Shown in pieces: positions 17,742-25,198 of a stretch of DNA of 25,198 bases (position 1 is its first letter; each line of letters begins with the position of its first letter). Source of the stretch: a virus (lineage: Duplodnaviria; Caudoviricetes); the IMG/VR virus record IMGVR_UViG_3300036783_000044, positions 1 through 25,198 of that record; one strand, 5' to 3'. Position numbers and translations under genes: made by a program. The notes beneath the pieces were generated by a model, which was not told the origin of the DNA, ran no database searches, and worked only from the letters and a program-made list of their open reading frames with translations.

Positions 17742-18392
17742 ATGAGCCTGAGTCCCGCACGGCAGCACCGCCTGCGCATTCAGGCCGAACAGGCCGCCCA
17801 GGAGGGCGGCAGTGTTCGCCATGCGTCCGGCTATGACCTGATGCTACTTCAGCTGGCAGAAGACCGCCGCCGCCTTAAGGGTATCCAGTCCACCGTGAAA
17901 AAGGCGGCAATCAAGGTGGAGCTTCTGCCGAAGTATGCCGCCTGGGCGGAGGGCGTGCTGGCTGTCGGAGGTGCGCAGCAGGATGACGTACTGATGTATG
18001 TGATGCTGTGGCGTATCGATGCCGGTGATTATGCCGGTGCGCTGGAAATCGGGCGTCATGCGCTGTGCCATGGCTGGGTAATGCCGCTGGGCAACCGCAA
18101 CGTGCAGACCGTTCTGGCGGAAGAAATGGCTGACGCCGCACAAAGCGCCCTGCTGGCCGCCGCCGGTTTTGATGCCGATCTGCTCCTGCAGACGCTGGAA
18201 CTGACTACCGATCTGGATATGCCGGACCAGTCCCGGGCACGCCTGCACAAAGCCATCGGCGCGGTACTGACCGAAAGCAACCCGGCTTCTGCCCTTAATC
18301 ACCTTACCCATGCGCTGCAGCTCGATCCCCGCTGCGGCGTGAAAAAAGAAAAGCAGCAGCTGGAGCGCAGATTGCGCAGTGACAGCCGCTAA
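17742..18392 (+). CDS. M: Terminase endonuclease subunit
   Basis: MSLSPARQHR, WRIDAGDY.GAL, DMPDQSRARLHKAIG, GVKK. Confidence 0.94.
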   Translation: MSLSPARQHRLRIQAEQAAQEGGSVRHASGYDLMLLQLAEDRRRLKGIQSTVKKAAIKVELLPKYAAWAEGVLAVGGAQQDDVLMYVMLWRIDAGDYAGALEIGRHALCHGWVMPLGNRNVQTVLAEEMADAAQSALLAAAGFDADLLLQTLELTTDLDMPDQSRARLHKAIGAVLTESNPASALNHLTHALQLDPRCGVKKEKQQLERRLRSDSR

Positions 18393-18485
18393 CGAACGTG
18401 CCCCGCGCACGGGCGGCACGGGGTGGCGAAAGGCACTGCCACATCAAAACCCCGTCCACCGCCCACTATTTCAGGAGAAAGCCGC

Positions 18486-18950
18486 ATGCAGTTTATTGCG
18501 CCAGAACAGGCACCGGAACAGGCGGACGTTATTAAAAATACGCCGTTCTGGCCTGATGTGGACCTGTCGGAATTTCGCAGCGTGATGCGCACTGACGGCA
18601 CGGTGACGCAGCCCCGTCTGAGGCAGGTTGCGCTGACAGCCATTTCCGAAGTTAACGCTGAGCTGTACGACTTCCGCAACCGCCAGCAGATGCTGGGCTA
18701 CCGGGATCTGGCTGACGTGCCGGCGGAAATGCTGGACGGCAAAAGCGAGCGCATCCAGCACTACCTCAACGCCGTGTATTGCTGGGCGCGCGCCGTGCTC
18801 AATGAGCGTTACCAGGATTATGACGCCACGGCGTCCGGGGTAAAGCGAGGGGAGGAGCTGGCGGAGGCCAGCGGCGATCTGTGGCGTGATGCCCGATGGG
18901 CTATCAGCCGGGTGCAGGATGCACCGCACTGCACGGTGGAGCTTATCTGA
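18486..18950 (+). CDS. L: Head completion/stabilisation protein
   Basis: IKNTPFWPDVDL, YLNAVYCWARA, RWAIS; SD CAGGAG. Confidence 0.92.
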   Translation: MQFIAPEQAPEQADVIKNTPFWPDVDLSEFRSVMRTDGTVTQPRLRQVALTAISEVNAELYDFRNRQQMLGYRDLADVPAEMLDGKSERIQHYLNAVYCWARAVLNERYQDYDATASGVKRGEELAEASGDLWRDARWAISRVQDAPHCTVELI

Positions 18951-19153
18951 TGAAAGTGCGTGCGCACCAGTATGACATGGTGGACGCGCTTTGCTGGCGT
19001 CATTACGGGCGCACGCAGGGTGTCACCGAGCAGGTTCTGCAGGCAAATCCGGGGCTGGCAGAGTATGGCCCTTTTTTACCGCACGGGCTGCAGGTGGAGC
19101 TGCCGGATATTCCGGCGACAACCACGGCGCAGACCGTCCAGCTATGGGACTGA
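18950..19153 (+). CDS. X: Tail protein X
   Basis: MKVRAHQYD.VDALCWRHYGRTQGVTEQVLQANPGLAE; TGATG overlap with L. Confidence 0.92.
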   Translation: MKVRAHQYDMVDALCWRHYGRTQGVTEQVLQANPGLAEYGPFLPHGLQVELPDIPATTTAQTVQLWD

Positions 19154-19156
19154 ATT

Positions 19157-19372
19157 ATGACGCTTGAACGAATCAGCGCCTTTATCACGTACTGCATCGC
19201 TGTTTTGCTGGCATGGCTGGGCGAGCTGTCGCTTAAGGATGCTTCTACGGTTGGCGGCGTGCTGATTGGTGTGCTGATGCTGGCTATCAACTGGTACTAC
19301 AAGCACAAAACCTACCAGCTGCTGCGCGACGGGCAAATCACGCGGGGGGAATATGAATCCTTCAATCGTTAA
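19157..19372 (+). CDS. Holin (HP1 family)
   Basis: 71 aa; hydrophobic segments and INWYYKHK; directly upstream of the endolysin. Confidence 0.85.
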   Translation: MTLERISAFITYCIAVLLAWLGELSLKDASTVGGVLIGVLMLAINWYYKHKTYQLLRDGQITRGEYESFNR

Positions 19373-19862
19373 ACGCTGCCTTGTCGGGGTGGTGCTGGCT
19401 ATCGCCGCCACGCTGCCCGGTTTCCAGTCGCTCAACACCTCCGTCGAGGGGCTGAAGCTGTTAGCCGATTTTGAGGGGTGCCGCCTGCAGCCTTACCAGT
19501 GCAGCGCGGGTGTCTGGACTGACGGGATCGGCAACACGTCAGGCGTGGTGCCCGGCAAGACCATCACGGAACGGCAGGCGGCGCAGGGGTTAATCAGCAA
19601 TGTGTTGCTGACGGAAAAAAGGCTGGATGCCTGCCTGAAGGTCAGGCCCCCGCAGCATGTTTACGATGCGCTGGTAAGCATCGGCTTCAACGTGGGCACC
19701 GGCGCAATATGCCGATCCACCATGGTGTCATACATCAACCGCCAGCAGTGGTGGCAGGCATGTAACGAGCTGCCGCGCTGGGTTTACGTCAACGGTAAGA
19801 AAAATAAAGGGCTGGAGAACCGCCGCGCGCGGGAGCTGGCCTGGTGCTTAAAAGGAGCGTAA
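19353..19862 (+). CDS. SAR endolysin (lysozyme, P1 Lyz type)
   Basis: N-terminal hydrophobic SAR segment; E41-x8-C50-x5-T56 triad; FNVG and GLENRR motifs. Confidence 0.92.
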   Translation: MNPSIVKRCLVGVVLAIAATLPGFQSLNTSVEGLKLLADFEGCRLQPYQCSAGVWTDGIGNTSGVVPGKTITERQAAQGLISNVLLTEKRLDACLKVRPPQHVYDALVSIGFNVGTGAICRSTMVSYINRQQWWQACNELPRWVYVNGKKNKGLENRRARELAWCLKGA

Positions 19863-19866
19863 CGGA

Positions 19867-20244
19867 ATGAAAAAGAAAGTTATCAGCGTTTTTTTCCAGC
19901 TGGCATGGGCCGCACTGTTGGTCATCAGTTTGTTTTATCCGCGCAGCGGCGCGCCTGTTCTGGTTGGCGCGTCTGTCTGGGTGTCCTGCATCCTCGCCTG
20001 GCTGCTTGCGGCACTGTGCGCTGTGGGGTGGTTCGCCGGAGATCGGGCGCGCGATGAAGTCAGGGCGGCATTGCTGAAGTTCAGGGAGCACCCCGTAAAA
20101 CCCGTGCGTACATGGGCCATCAGGCTGTTGATTGTTCTTTGCCTGGCGTTTTCAGGATGGGTGATCACCCTGGTGTTTTACCTGCTGACGCTGGTTCTTT
20201 ACCAGATTGCCCGCGTGCAGCTTCATGAGCCGACGGAAGCCTGA
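19867..20244 (+). CDS. Multi-pass membrane protein of the lysis cassette (LysA position)
   Basis: 125 aa with about four hydrophobic segments between endolysin and lysB; SD AAGGAG. Confidence 0.7.
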   Translation: MKKKVISVFFQLAWAALLVISLFYPRSGAPVLVGASVWVSCILAWLLAALCAVGWFAGDRARDEVRAALLKFREHPVKPVRTWAIRLLIVLCLAFSGWVITLVFYLLTLVLYQIARVQLHEPTEA

Positions 20245-20669
20245 TGCGGGCGCTGGCGGTAGTGCTGGCGCTGACGCTCGCGGCGCTGGGCTGGCAGTCG
20301 TGGCGGCTTAACAATGCCAGCCACACCATCGAGACGCAGGGCGCGGCGCTGAAAAGCAAAGCACAGGAACTGACGAAGAAAAACAGCCAGCTGATCGGCC
20401 TGTCCATTCTGATCGAAACTAACAGCCGGGAGCAGATGCGGCTTTATGCGGCGGCGGAGCAGACCACCGCGCTGCTGCGCAACCGTCAGCACCGGATAGA
20501 GGAACTGAAACGTGAAAACGAGGATTTGCGCCGCTGGGCTGACACTCCTTTGCCTGCTGACATTATCCGGCTGCGGGAGCGTCCGGCCCTCGCCGGAGGT
20601 GCAGCTTACCGTGAGTGGCTGTCCCAGAGTGACGCAGTGCCGCCTGGAAAGGTCAGCGCCGCGCAGTAA
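20244..20669 (+). CDS. lysB: LysB i-spanin
   Basis: N-terminal TM, coiled coil, LKRENEDLRRWADTPLP. Confidence 0.9.
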   Translation: MRALAVVLALTLAALGWQSWRLNNASHTIETQGAALKSKAQELTKKNSQLIGLSILIETNSREQMRLYAAAEQTTALLRNRQHRIEELKRENEDLRRWADTPLPADIIRLRERPALAGGAAYREWLSQSDAVPPGKVSAAQ

Positions 20670-20802
20670 CGGCGATCTGAATGCGGTGCTGGATGAAACG
20701 GAGGCCGCCTGGGCGGCGTGTGCTGACAAAGTGGACACGATAATTGCGTGTCAGGAGCGAGACAGTGAACAAGCCGCAGTCTTTACGCAGCGCCCTGAAT
20801 AA
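20512..20802 (+). CDS. lysC: LysC o-spanin lipoprotein
   Basis: Lipobox LSGC, CPRVTQC, NGDL, WAACADKVD; overlaps the 3' end of lysB. Confidence 0.85.
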   Translation: MKTRICAAGLTLLCLLTLSGCGSVRPSPEVQLTVSGCPRVTQCRLERSAPRSNGDLNAVLDETEAAWAACADKVDTIIACQERDSEQAAVFTQRPE

Positions 20803-21196
20803 GGCGGTGCCGTATGTCCGCAGTAACCCGGACAAACTGCACCTGTTTGTTGATAACGGCTCACTGGTGGCAACCGGGGCCAGCTCCATGTCATGGGAGT
20901 ACCGCTACACCCTGAACGTTGTGATCGAGGATTTCAGCGGGGACCAGAACCTGCTGATGGCGCCCGTTCTGCTCTGGCTTACGGACAATCAGCCAGATGC
21001 CATCAATAACCCAGAACTGCGCGAAAAGCTGTTCACCTTTGACGTGGACATTCTGCGCAATGATGTGTGCGATATCAGCCTGAACCTGCAGCTGACGGAG
21101 CGCGTGCTGGTCAGCACTGACGGGGGCGTATCGAGCGTTGAAGCGGTGTCGGAACCGGACGTACCGGAAGAAATGTGGACGGTGAAGCATGGGTGA
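20765..21196 (+). CDS. R: Tail completion protein R
   Basis: GTG start MNKPQSLR; NPDKLHLFVDNG, LQLTERV. Confidence 0.9.
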   Translation: MNKPQSLRSALNKAVPYVRSNPDKLHLFVDNGSLVATGASSMSWEYRYTLNVVIEDFSGDQNLLMAPVLLWLTDNQPDAINNPELREKLFTFDVDILRNDVCDISLNLQLTERVLVSTDGGVSSVEAVSEPDVPEEMWTVKHG

Positions 21197-21635
21197 TCTG
21201 CAGAGGGTGGATGACTGGCTGGCGGCGTTGCTGGCGAATCTGGAGCCTGCCGCACGCAGCCGCATGATGCGTCAGCTGGCGCAGGAATTGCGCCGCAGTC
21301 AGCAGCAGAATATCAGGCTGCAGCGAAACCCGGACGGGAGCGGATACGAGCCGCGCCGGGTAACGGCCCGTAGCAAAAAGGGCCGCATCAAGCGCCAGAT
21401 GTTTGCAAAACTTCGCACCACAAAATACCTGAAAACCGCTGCCGGTGCGGATTCTGCCAGCGTGCAGTTTGATGGCTCAGTACAGCGTATTGCCCGTGTT
21501 CACCATTACGGCCTGCGTGATCGCGTCAGCCGCAAAGGGCCGGAGGTTCGCTACTCGCAGCGCCGCCTGCTGGGCGTGAATGATGAAGTGGAAAACGTAA
21601 CCCGTGACACCTTGCTGCGCTGGCTGGCGCAGTGA
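21189..21635 (+). CDS. S: Tail completion/virion morphogenesis protein S
   Basis: QRNPDGSGYEPR, IARVHHYGL, RRLLG. Confidence 0.92.
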   Translation: MGDLQRVDDWLAALLANLEPAARSRMMRQLAQELRRSQQQNIRLQRNPDGSGYEPRRVTARSKKGRIKRQMFAKLRTTKYLKTAAGADSASVQFDGSVQRIARVHHYGLRDRVSRKGPEVRYSQRRLLGVNDEVENVTRDTLLRWLAQ

Positions 21636-21639
21636 TCTT

Positions 21640-21657
21640 TGTATCAGGCATGGCACA
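21640..21657 (+). promoter_or_regulatory. Ogr/B late-activator site of the V promoter
   Basis: TGT-N12-ACA (TTGTATCAGGCATGGCACAA) in the S-V gap. Confidence 0.75.
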
Positions 21658-21703
21658 AGTGCCTGCGCTGCCCCCTGTTTCCCTCTGATGGCAACCTTTC
21701 GTT

Positions 21704-22282
21704 ATGAACACACAACTGACCGAAATCATGCGCCTTATCACCAACCTGATCCGCACCGGCACCGTGACCGAAGTGGACCGGGAAAACTGGCTGTGCCGGG
21801 TAAAGATTGGCGAGCTTGAAACCAACTGGATTAACTGGCTTACGCTGCGAGCCGGAGGCAGCCGCACCTGGTGGTGTCCGTCGACGGATGAACAGGTGGT
21901 GGTGCTGAGCATGGGCGGGAACCTTGAAACCGCCTTTGCGCTGCCTGCCATTTACTCCAATCAGTTTGCGCCGCCGTCGGATTCCGTGGACGGCTGCGTG
22001 ACGGAATACCCGGACGGGGGCTGGTTCGAGTACGAGCCCGCCACCGGACGCTGGCACGTAAAAGGTATCAAATCCATGGTGATCGAGGCGGCTGCCAATA
22101 TCACACTGAAAACCAGTGAGTTTGTGGTGGAGGCTGACAAAACCCGTATTAACAGCGAAGTCGTGATTAATGGTGGCGTCACCCAGGGCGGCGGCGATAT
22201 GAGTTCTAACGGGATCGTGGTGGATAAACACGGTCACACCGGCGTTAAGTCCGGCGGCGATACGTCAGGGGGGCCGGTATGA
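21704..22282 (+). CDS. V: Baseplate spike protein V
   Basis: NLIRTGTV, WLTLRAG, YPDGG..EY, C-terminal HGH metal-binding motif. Confidence 0.94.
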   Translation: MNTQLTEIMRLITNLIRTGTVTEVDRENWLCRVKIGELETNWINWLTLRAGGSRTWWCPSTDEQVVVLSMGGNLETAFALPAIYSNQFAPPSDSVDGCVTEYPDGGWFEYEPATGRWHVKGIKSMVIEAAANITLKTSEFVVEADKTRINSEVVINGGVTQGGGDMSSNGIVVDKHGHTGVKSGGDTSGGPV

Positions 22283-22638
22283 CGCTGTATACCGGCATGA
22301 GCCAGGACAACGGCAGGGCCATTACCGACACGGACCACCTGCGCCAGTCTGTCCGGGATATTCTGCTGACCCCGCAGGGGAGCCGCATTGCCCGGCGGGA
22401 ATATGGCTCCCTTCTGTCTGAACTGATAGACCAGCCGCAGAACCCGGCGCTGCGCCTGCAGGTCATGTCTGCGGTCTATGTAGCCCTGAGCCGCTGGGAG
22501 CCACGGCTTACGCTGGATTCCATCACCATCAGCAGCAGCTTTGATGGCTCGATGGTGGTTGAGTTAACCGGGAAGCGCAATAACGGCGCGCCGGTGTTCC
22601 TTTCGGTATCAACAGGAGCAGACAATGGCAGTAATTGA
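22279..22638 (+). CDS. W: Baseplate protein W (gp25 family)
   Basis: HLRQSVRDILLTPQGSRIARREYGS, RWEPR. Confidence 0.94.
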   Translation: MTLYTGMSQDNGRAITDTDHLRQSVRDILLTPQGSRIARREYGSLLSELIDQPQNPALRLQVMSAVYVALSRWEPRLTLDSITISSSFDGSMVVELTGKRNNGAPVFLSVSTGADNGSN

Positions 22639-23533
22639 CCTTTCCCAGCTCCCCGCGCCGCAGATCGTTGACGTGCCGGACTTTGAATCGCTGCTGGCTG
22701 AGCGTAAGGCCGCCTTTGTGGCCCTGTATCCGGCAGATGAACAGGACGCGGTGCGGCGCACGCTTGAGCTGGAATCGGAACCCATCACCAAACAACTGCA
22801 GGAAAACACGTACCGGGAAATCCTGATGCGCCAGCGTATTAACGAGGCGGCGCAGGCGGTCATGGTAGCGTATGCCATGGGTGGCGATCTCGATCAGATG
22901 GCGGCCAACTACAACGTGAAGCGCCTGACGGTTACACCTGCAGACAATGACGCGGTGCCGCCGGTCGCTGCGGTTATGGAAAGTGACGAGGCGCTGCGCC
23001 TGCGTGTTCCTGCTGCATTTGAGGGGCTGTCCGTGGCGGGCCCGACGGCGGCCTATGAGTTTCACGCTAAAAGCGCGGACGGGCGCGTGGCGGATGCCAG
23101 TGCAACCAGCCCGGCCCCTGCGGAGGTGGTGCTGACGGTACTGAGCCGGGAAGGTGACGGAACTGCAGGTACCGATCTGCTGGCTGTCGTGGAGCAGGCG
23201 CTTAACAGTGAGAACGTGCGGCCAGTGGCGGACCGCCTGACGGTGCGCAGCGCCGAAATTATCCCTTACCGCGTTGATGCAACGATTTTCCTTTATCCCG
23301 GCCCGGAAGCTGAGCCGGTGATGGCAGAGGCTAAAGCCAGCCTGCAGAAGTACATCGCCAGCCAGACGCGGCTGGGACGTGATATCCGGCGCAGCGCCAT
23401 TTATGCCGCGCTACACGTTGAGGGCGTCCAGCGCGTGGAGCTGGCCTCACCGCTGGATGATGTGGTGCTGGATAAGACGCAGGCCGCGTCCTGCACGGAA
23501 TGGAGCGTAACCAACGGGGGCACGGATGAATAG
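22625..23533 (+). CDS. J: Baseplate assembly protein J
   Basis: IDLSQLPAP, LESEP, SVAGP..AYEFHA, VRPVADR. Confidence 0.95.
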   Translation: MAVIDLSQLPAPQIVDVPDFESLLAERKAAFVALYPADEQDAVRRTLELESEPITKQLQENTYREILMRQRINEAAQAVMVAYAMGGDLDQMAANYNVKRLTVTPADNDAVPPVAAVMESDEALRLRVPAAFEGLSVAGPTAAYEFHAKSADGRVADASATSPAPAEVVLTVLSREGDGTAGTDLLAVVEQALNSENVRPVADRLTVRSAEIIPYRVDATIFLYPGPEAEPVMAEAKASLQKYIASQTRLGRDIRRSAIYAALHVEGVQRVELASPLDDVVLDKTQAASCTEWSVTNGGTDE

Positions 23534-24131
23534 CCTGTTGCCGCCCGGATCGTCACCGCTTGAGCGCCGCCTGGCGCAGACCTGCAGCGGGATATCCGAT
23601 CTGCAGGTGCCGCTGCGTGATTTATGGAATCCGGCGACGTGTCCAGTTGCTTTTCTCCCGTATCTGGCCTGGGCCTTTTCCGTTGACCGCTGGGACGAAA
23701 GCTGGACCGAAAGCGTGAAGCGCCGGGTGGTGCAGGACGCTTTTTATATCCATCAGCACAAAGGGACAACCAGCGCCGTGCGGCGCGTCGTGGAGCCGTT
23801 CGGCTTCCTGATCCGTATCATTGAATGGTGGCAGACCGGTGAAACCCCGGGCACGTTTCGGCTGGATATCGGCGTGCAGGACCAGGGCATTACGGAAGAA
23901 ACCTATCTGGAGCTGGAGCGGCTGATTAGTGATGCCAAACCGTGCAGCCGTCACCTGGTGGGGATGTCCATAAACCTGCAGACCAGCGGCGATCTGTGGG
24001 TAGGTGCTGCCACCTATACCGGCGAAGAAATCACGATTTATCCGTACATCAACGAAACCATTATTTCCGGCGGCACCGCTTACGAGGGCGGCGCGGTCCA
24101 TGTTATTGACACTGTGAGAGTGAACCCATGA
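23526..24131 (+). CDS. I: Tail/baseplate protein I
   Basis: SLLPPGSS.LERR, LWNPATCP..FLPYLAWAFSVDRWD, HKGT. Confidence 0.95.
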   Translation: MNSLLPPGSSPLERRLAQTCSGISDLQVPLRDLWNPATCPVAFLPYLAWAFSVDRWDESWTESVKRRVVQDAFYIHQHKGTTSAVRRVVEPFGFLIRIIEWWQTGETPGTFRLDIGVQDQGITEETYLELERLISDAKPCSRHLVGMSINLQTSGDLWVGAATYTGEEITIYPYINETIISGGTAYEGGAVHVIDTVRVNP

Positions 24132-25198
24132 GCGCAAAATTTTATACCCTCCTGACGGAGATCGGCGCGGCAAAACTGGCAAGCGCAGCCGCGCTTGGTG
24201 TCCCGCTGAAAATTACTAAGATGGCGGTGGGCGATGGCGGCGGGGTGCTGCCGACCCCGGACGCAAAGCAAACGGTCCTGGTTAACGAAAAACGCAGGGC
24301 TGACCTCAACATGCTGTATATCGATCCGCAGAACAGCAGCCAGATTATTGCTGAGCAGGTGATTCCCGAAACGGAGGGCGGTTGGTGGATTCGTGAGGTC
24401 GGGCTGTTTGACGATACCGGCGCGCTGATTGCGATCGGTAACTGCCCGGAGAGCTATAAGCCGCAGCTCGCAGAGGGAAGCGGCCGCACGCAGACGGTGC
24501 GCATGGTACTGATTACCAGCAGTACCGAAAACATTACCCTGAAAATTGACCCTGCAGTGGTGCTGGCAACCCGCAAATACGTGGATGACAAGGTGCTGGA
24601 GCTGAAGGTGTATGTGGATGACCTGATGGCAAAACACCTTGCCGCAGCGGACCCCCACACTCAGTACGCGCCCAAAGAGAGCCCGACGTTAACCGGCACG
24701 CCGAAAACGCCAACGGCACCGGCGGGGAATAATTCCACGCAGATTGCCAACACGGCATTTGTGCAGGCGATTGCGACGGCATTAAACAATGCGCTGGCGC
24801 TTAAGGCCCCGCTGGCAAGTCCAGGCCTGACCGGAACGCCGACGGCACCGACGGCTGCGCAGACGGCCAATAATACCCAGATTGCAACCACTGCATTTGT
24901 AAAAGCTGCGTTAGCCGGGCTGGTTGGTTCATCGCCCGCGGCCCTCGATACACTCAATGAATTGGCTGCTGCGCTTGGCAATGATCCGAATTTCGCCACC
25001 ACCATGACAAATGCCCTTGCGGGTAAGCAGCCCCTTGATAGTACTCTGACCACTTTGTCAGGAAAAACGGCTGACGGGATTATTGAATACCTTCGTTTGG
25101 GAGAAGCGGCAAAACTCGCCGCTGCGAGCGGCGTTTTGTCTAATAGCGGCTGGGCGAAATTCCCATTAATCGGCGGCATTACGTTAATGGTGCAGTGG
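24128..25198 (+). CDS. H: Tail fibre protein H (partial, runs off the window)
   Basis: Open frame from ATG 24128: MSAKFYTLLTEIGAAKLA, EGGWWIREVGL, two SP.LTGTP..PTA repeats, ALDTLNELAAALGNDPNFATT; no stop before the window end, so absent from the ORF track. Confidence 0.95.
   Translation, partial: MSAKFYTLLTEIGAAKLASAAALGVPLKITKMAVGDGGGVLPTPDAKQTVLVNEKRRADLNMLYIDPQNSSQIIAEQVIPETEGGWWIREVGLFDDTGALIAIGNCPESYKPQLAEGSGRTQTVRMVLITSSTENITLKIDPAVVLATRKYVDDKVLELKVYVDDLMAKHLAAADPHTQYAPKESPTLTGTPKTPTAPAGNNSTQIANTAFVQAIATALNNALALKAPLASPGLTGTPTAPTAAQTANNTQIATTAFVKAALAGLVGSSPAALDTLNELAAALGNDPNFATTMTNALAGKQPLDSTLTTLSGKTADGIIEYLRLGEAAKLAAASGVLSNSGWAKFPLIGGITLMVQW
25080..25105. other. hix/gix-like serine-invertase crossover site in the tail fibre gene
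   Basis: TTATTGAATACCTTCGTTTGGGAGAA matches reverse-complement hixL (TTATCAAAAACCTTGGTTTTCAAGAA, recalled from memory) at 19/26 positions, at the apparent constant/variable fibre junction. Confidence 0.6.

Larger units (their letters stand above)
560..25198. mobile_element. P2-like (186/Fels-2-type) prophage, left part; continues beyond the window
   Basis: att core in a tRNA 3' end next to a tyrosine integrase; complete P2-type synteny int-cI-apl-cII...A-cos-Q-P-O-N-M-L-X-lysis-R-S-V-W-J-I-H. Confidence 0.97.

Noticed and set aside
21636-21703. Accessory gene at the S-V (P2 orf30) slot
   Set aside because: The gap is only 68 bp and holds just the late promoter.
13259-24182. Numerous overlapping alternative-frame and antisense ORFs in the structural region
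   Set aside because: Typical shadow ORFs of GC-rich coding DNA overlapping well-identified P2 genes; only lysC has its own signature (lipobox).
24661-25179. 172-aa minus-strand ORF (and 24080-24658)
   Set aside because: Antisense shadows of the tail fibre gene H, which is open on the plus strand.
1-25198. CRISPR array, retron/RT, IS element
   Set aside because: No regularly spaced repeat-spacer array, reverse transcriptase motif or transposase was seen by eye.

Overview
From about 560 to the window end this is a 186/Fels-2-type P2-like (Peduovirus-like) prophage of an enterobacterium. It is integrated at the 3' end of a tRNA-Ile2(CAT) gene, and its 47-bp att core lies at 560-606. Gene order: int; an AT-rich accessory nucleoside-deoxyribosyltransferase/TIR-like gene; cI; the apl-cII early operon; dam; a PAPS-reductase-family gene; rolling-circle initiator A with internal ori; a LexA-controlled tum/dinI-like operon; cos; an AT-rich three-gene cassette in the A-Q accessory hotspot; then head (Q P O N M L), lysis (X, holin, SAR endolysin, spanins) and tail/baseplate genes (R S V W J I), and tail fibre H, which runs off the window. 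The strongest candidates for uncharacterised biology are three. First, the cos-Q three-gene operon ending in a PD-(D/E)xK-like nuclease, a probable anti-phage system that may be 3HP-like. Second, the NDT/TIR-like gene co-transcribed with cI and int. Third, the translationally coupled Dam + PAPS-reductase-like pair. All family calls are from motif recognition and synteny; no database searches were run.
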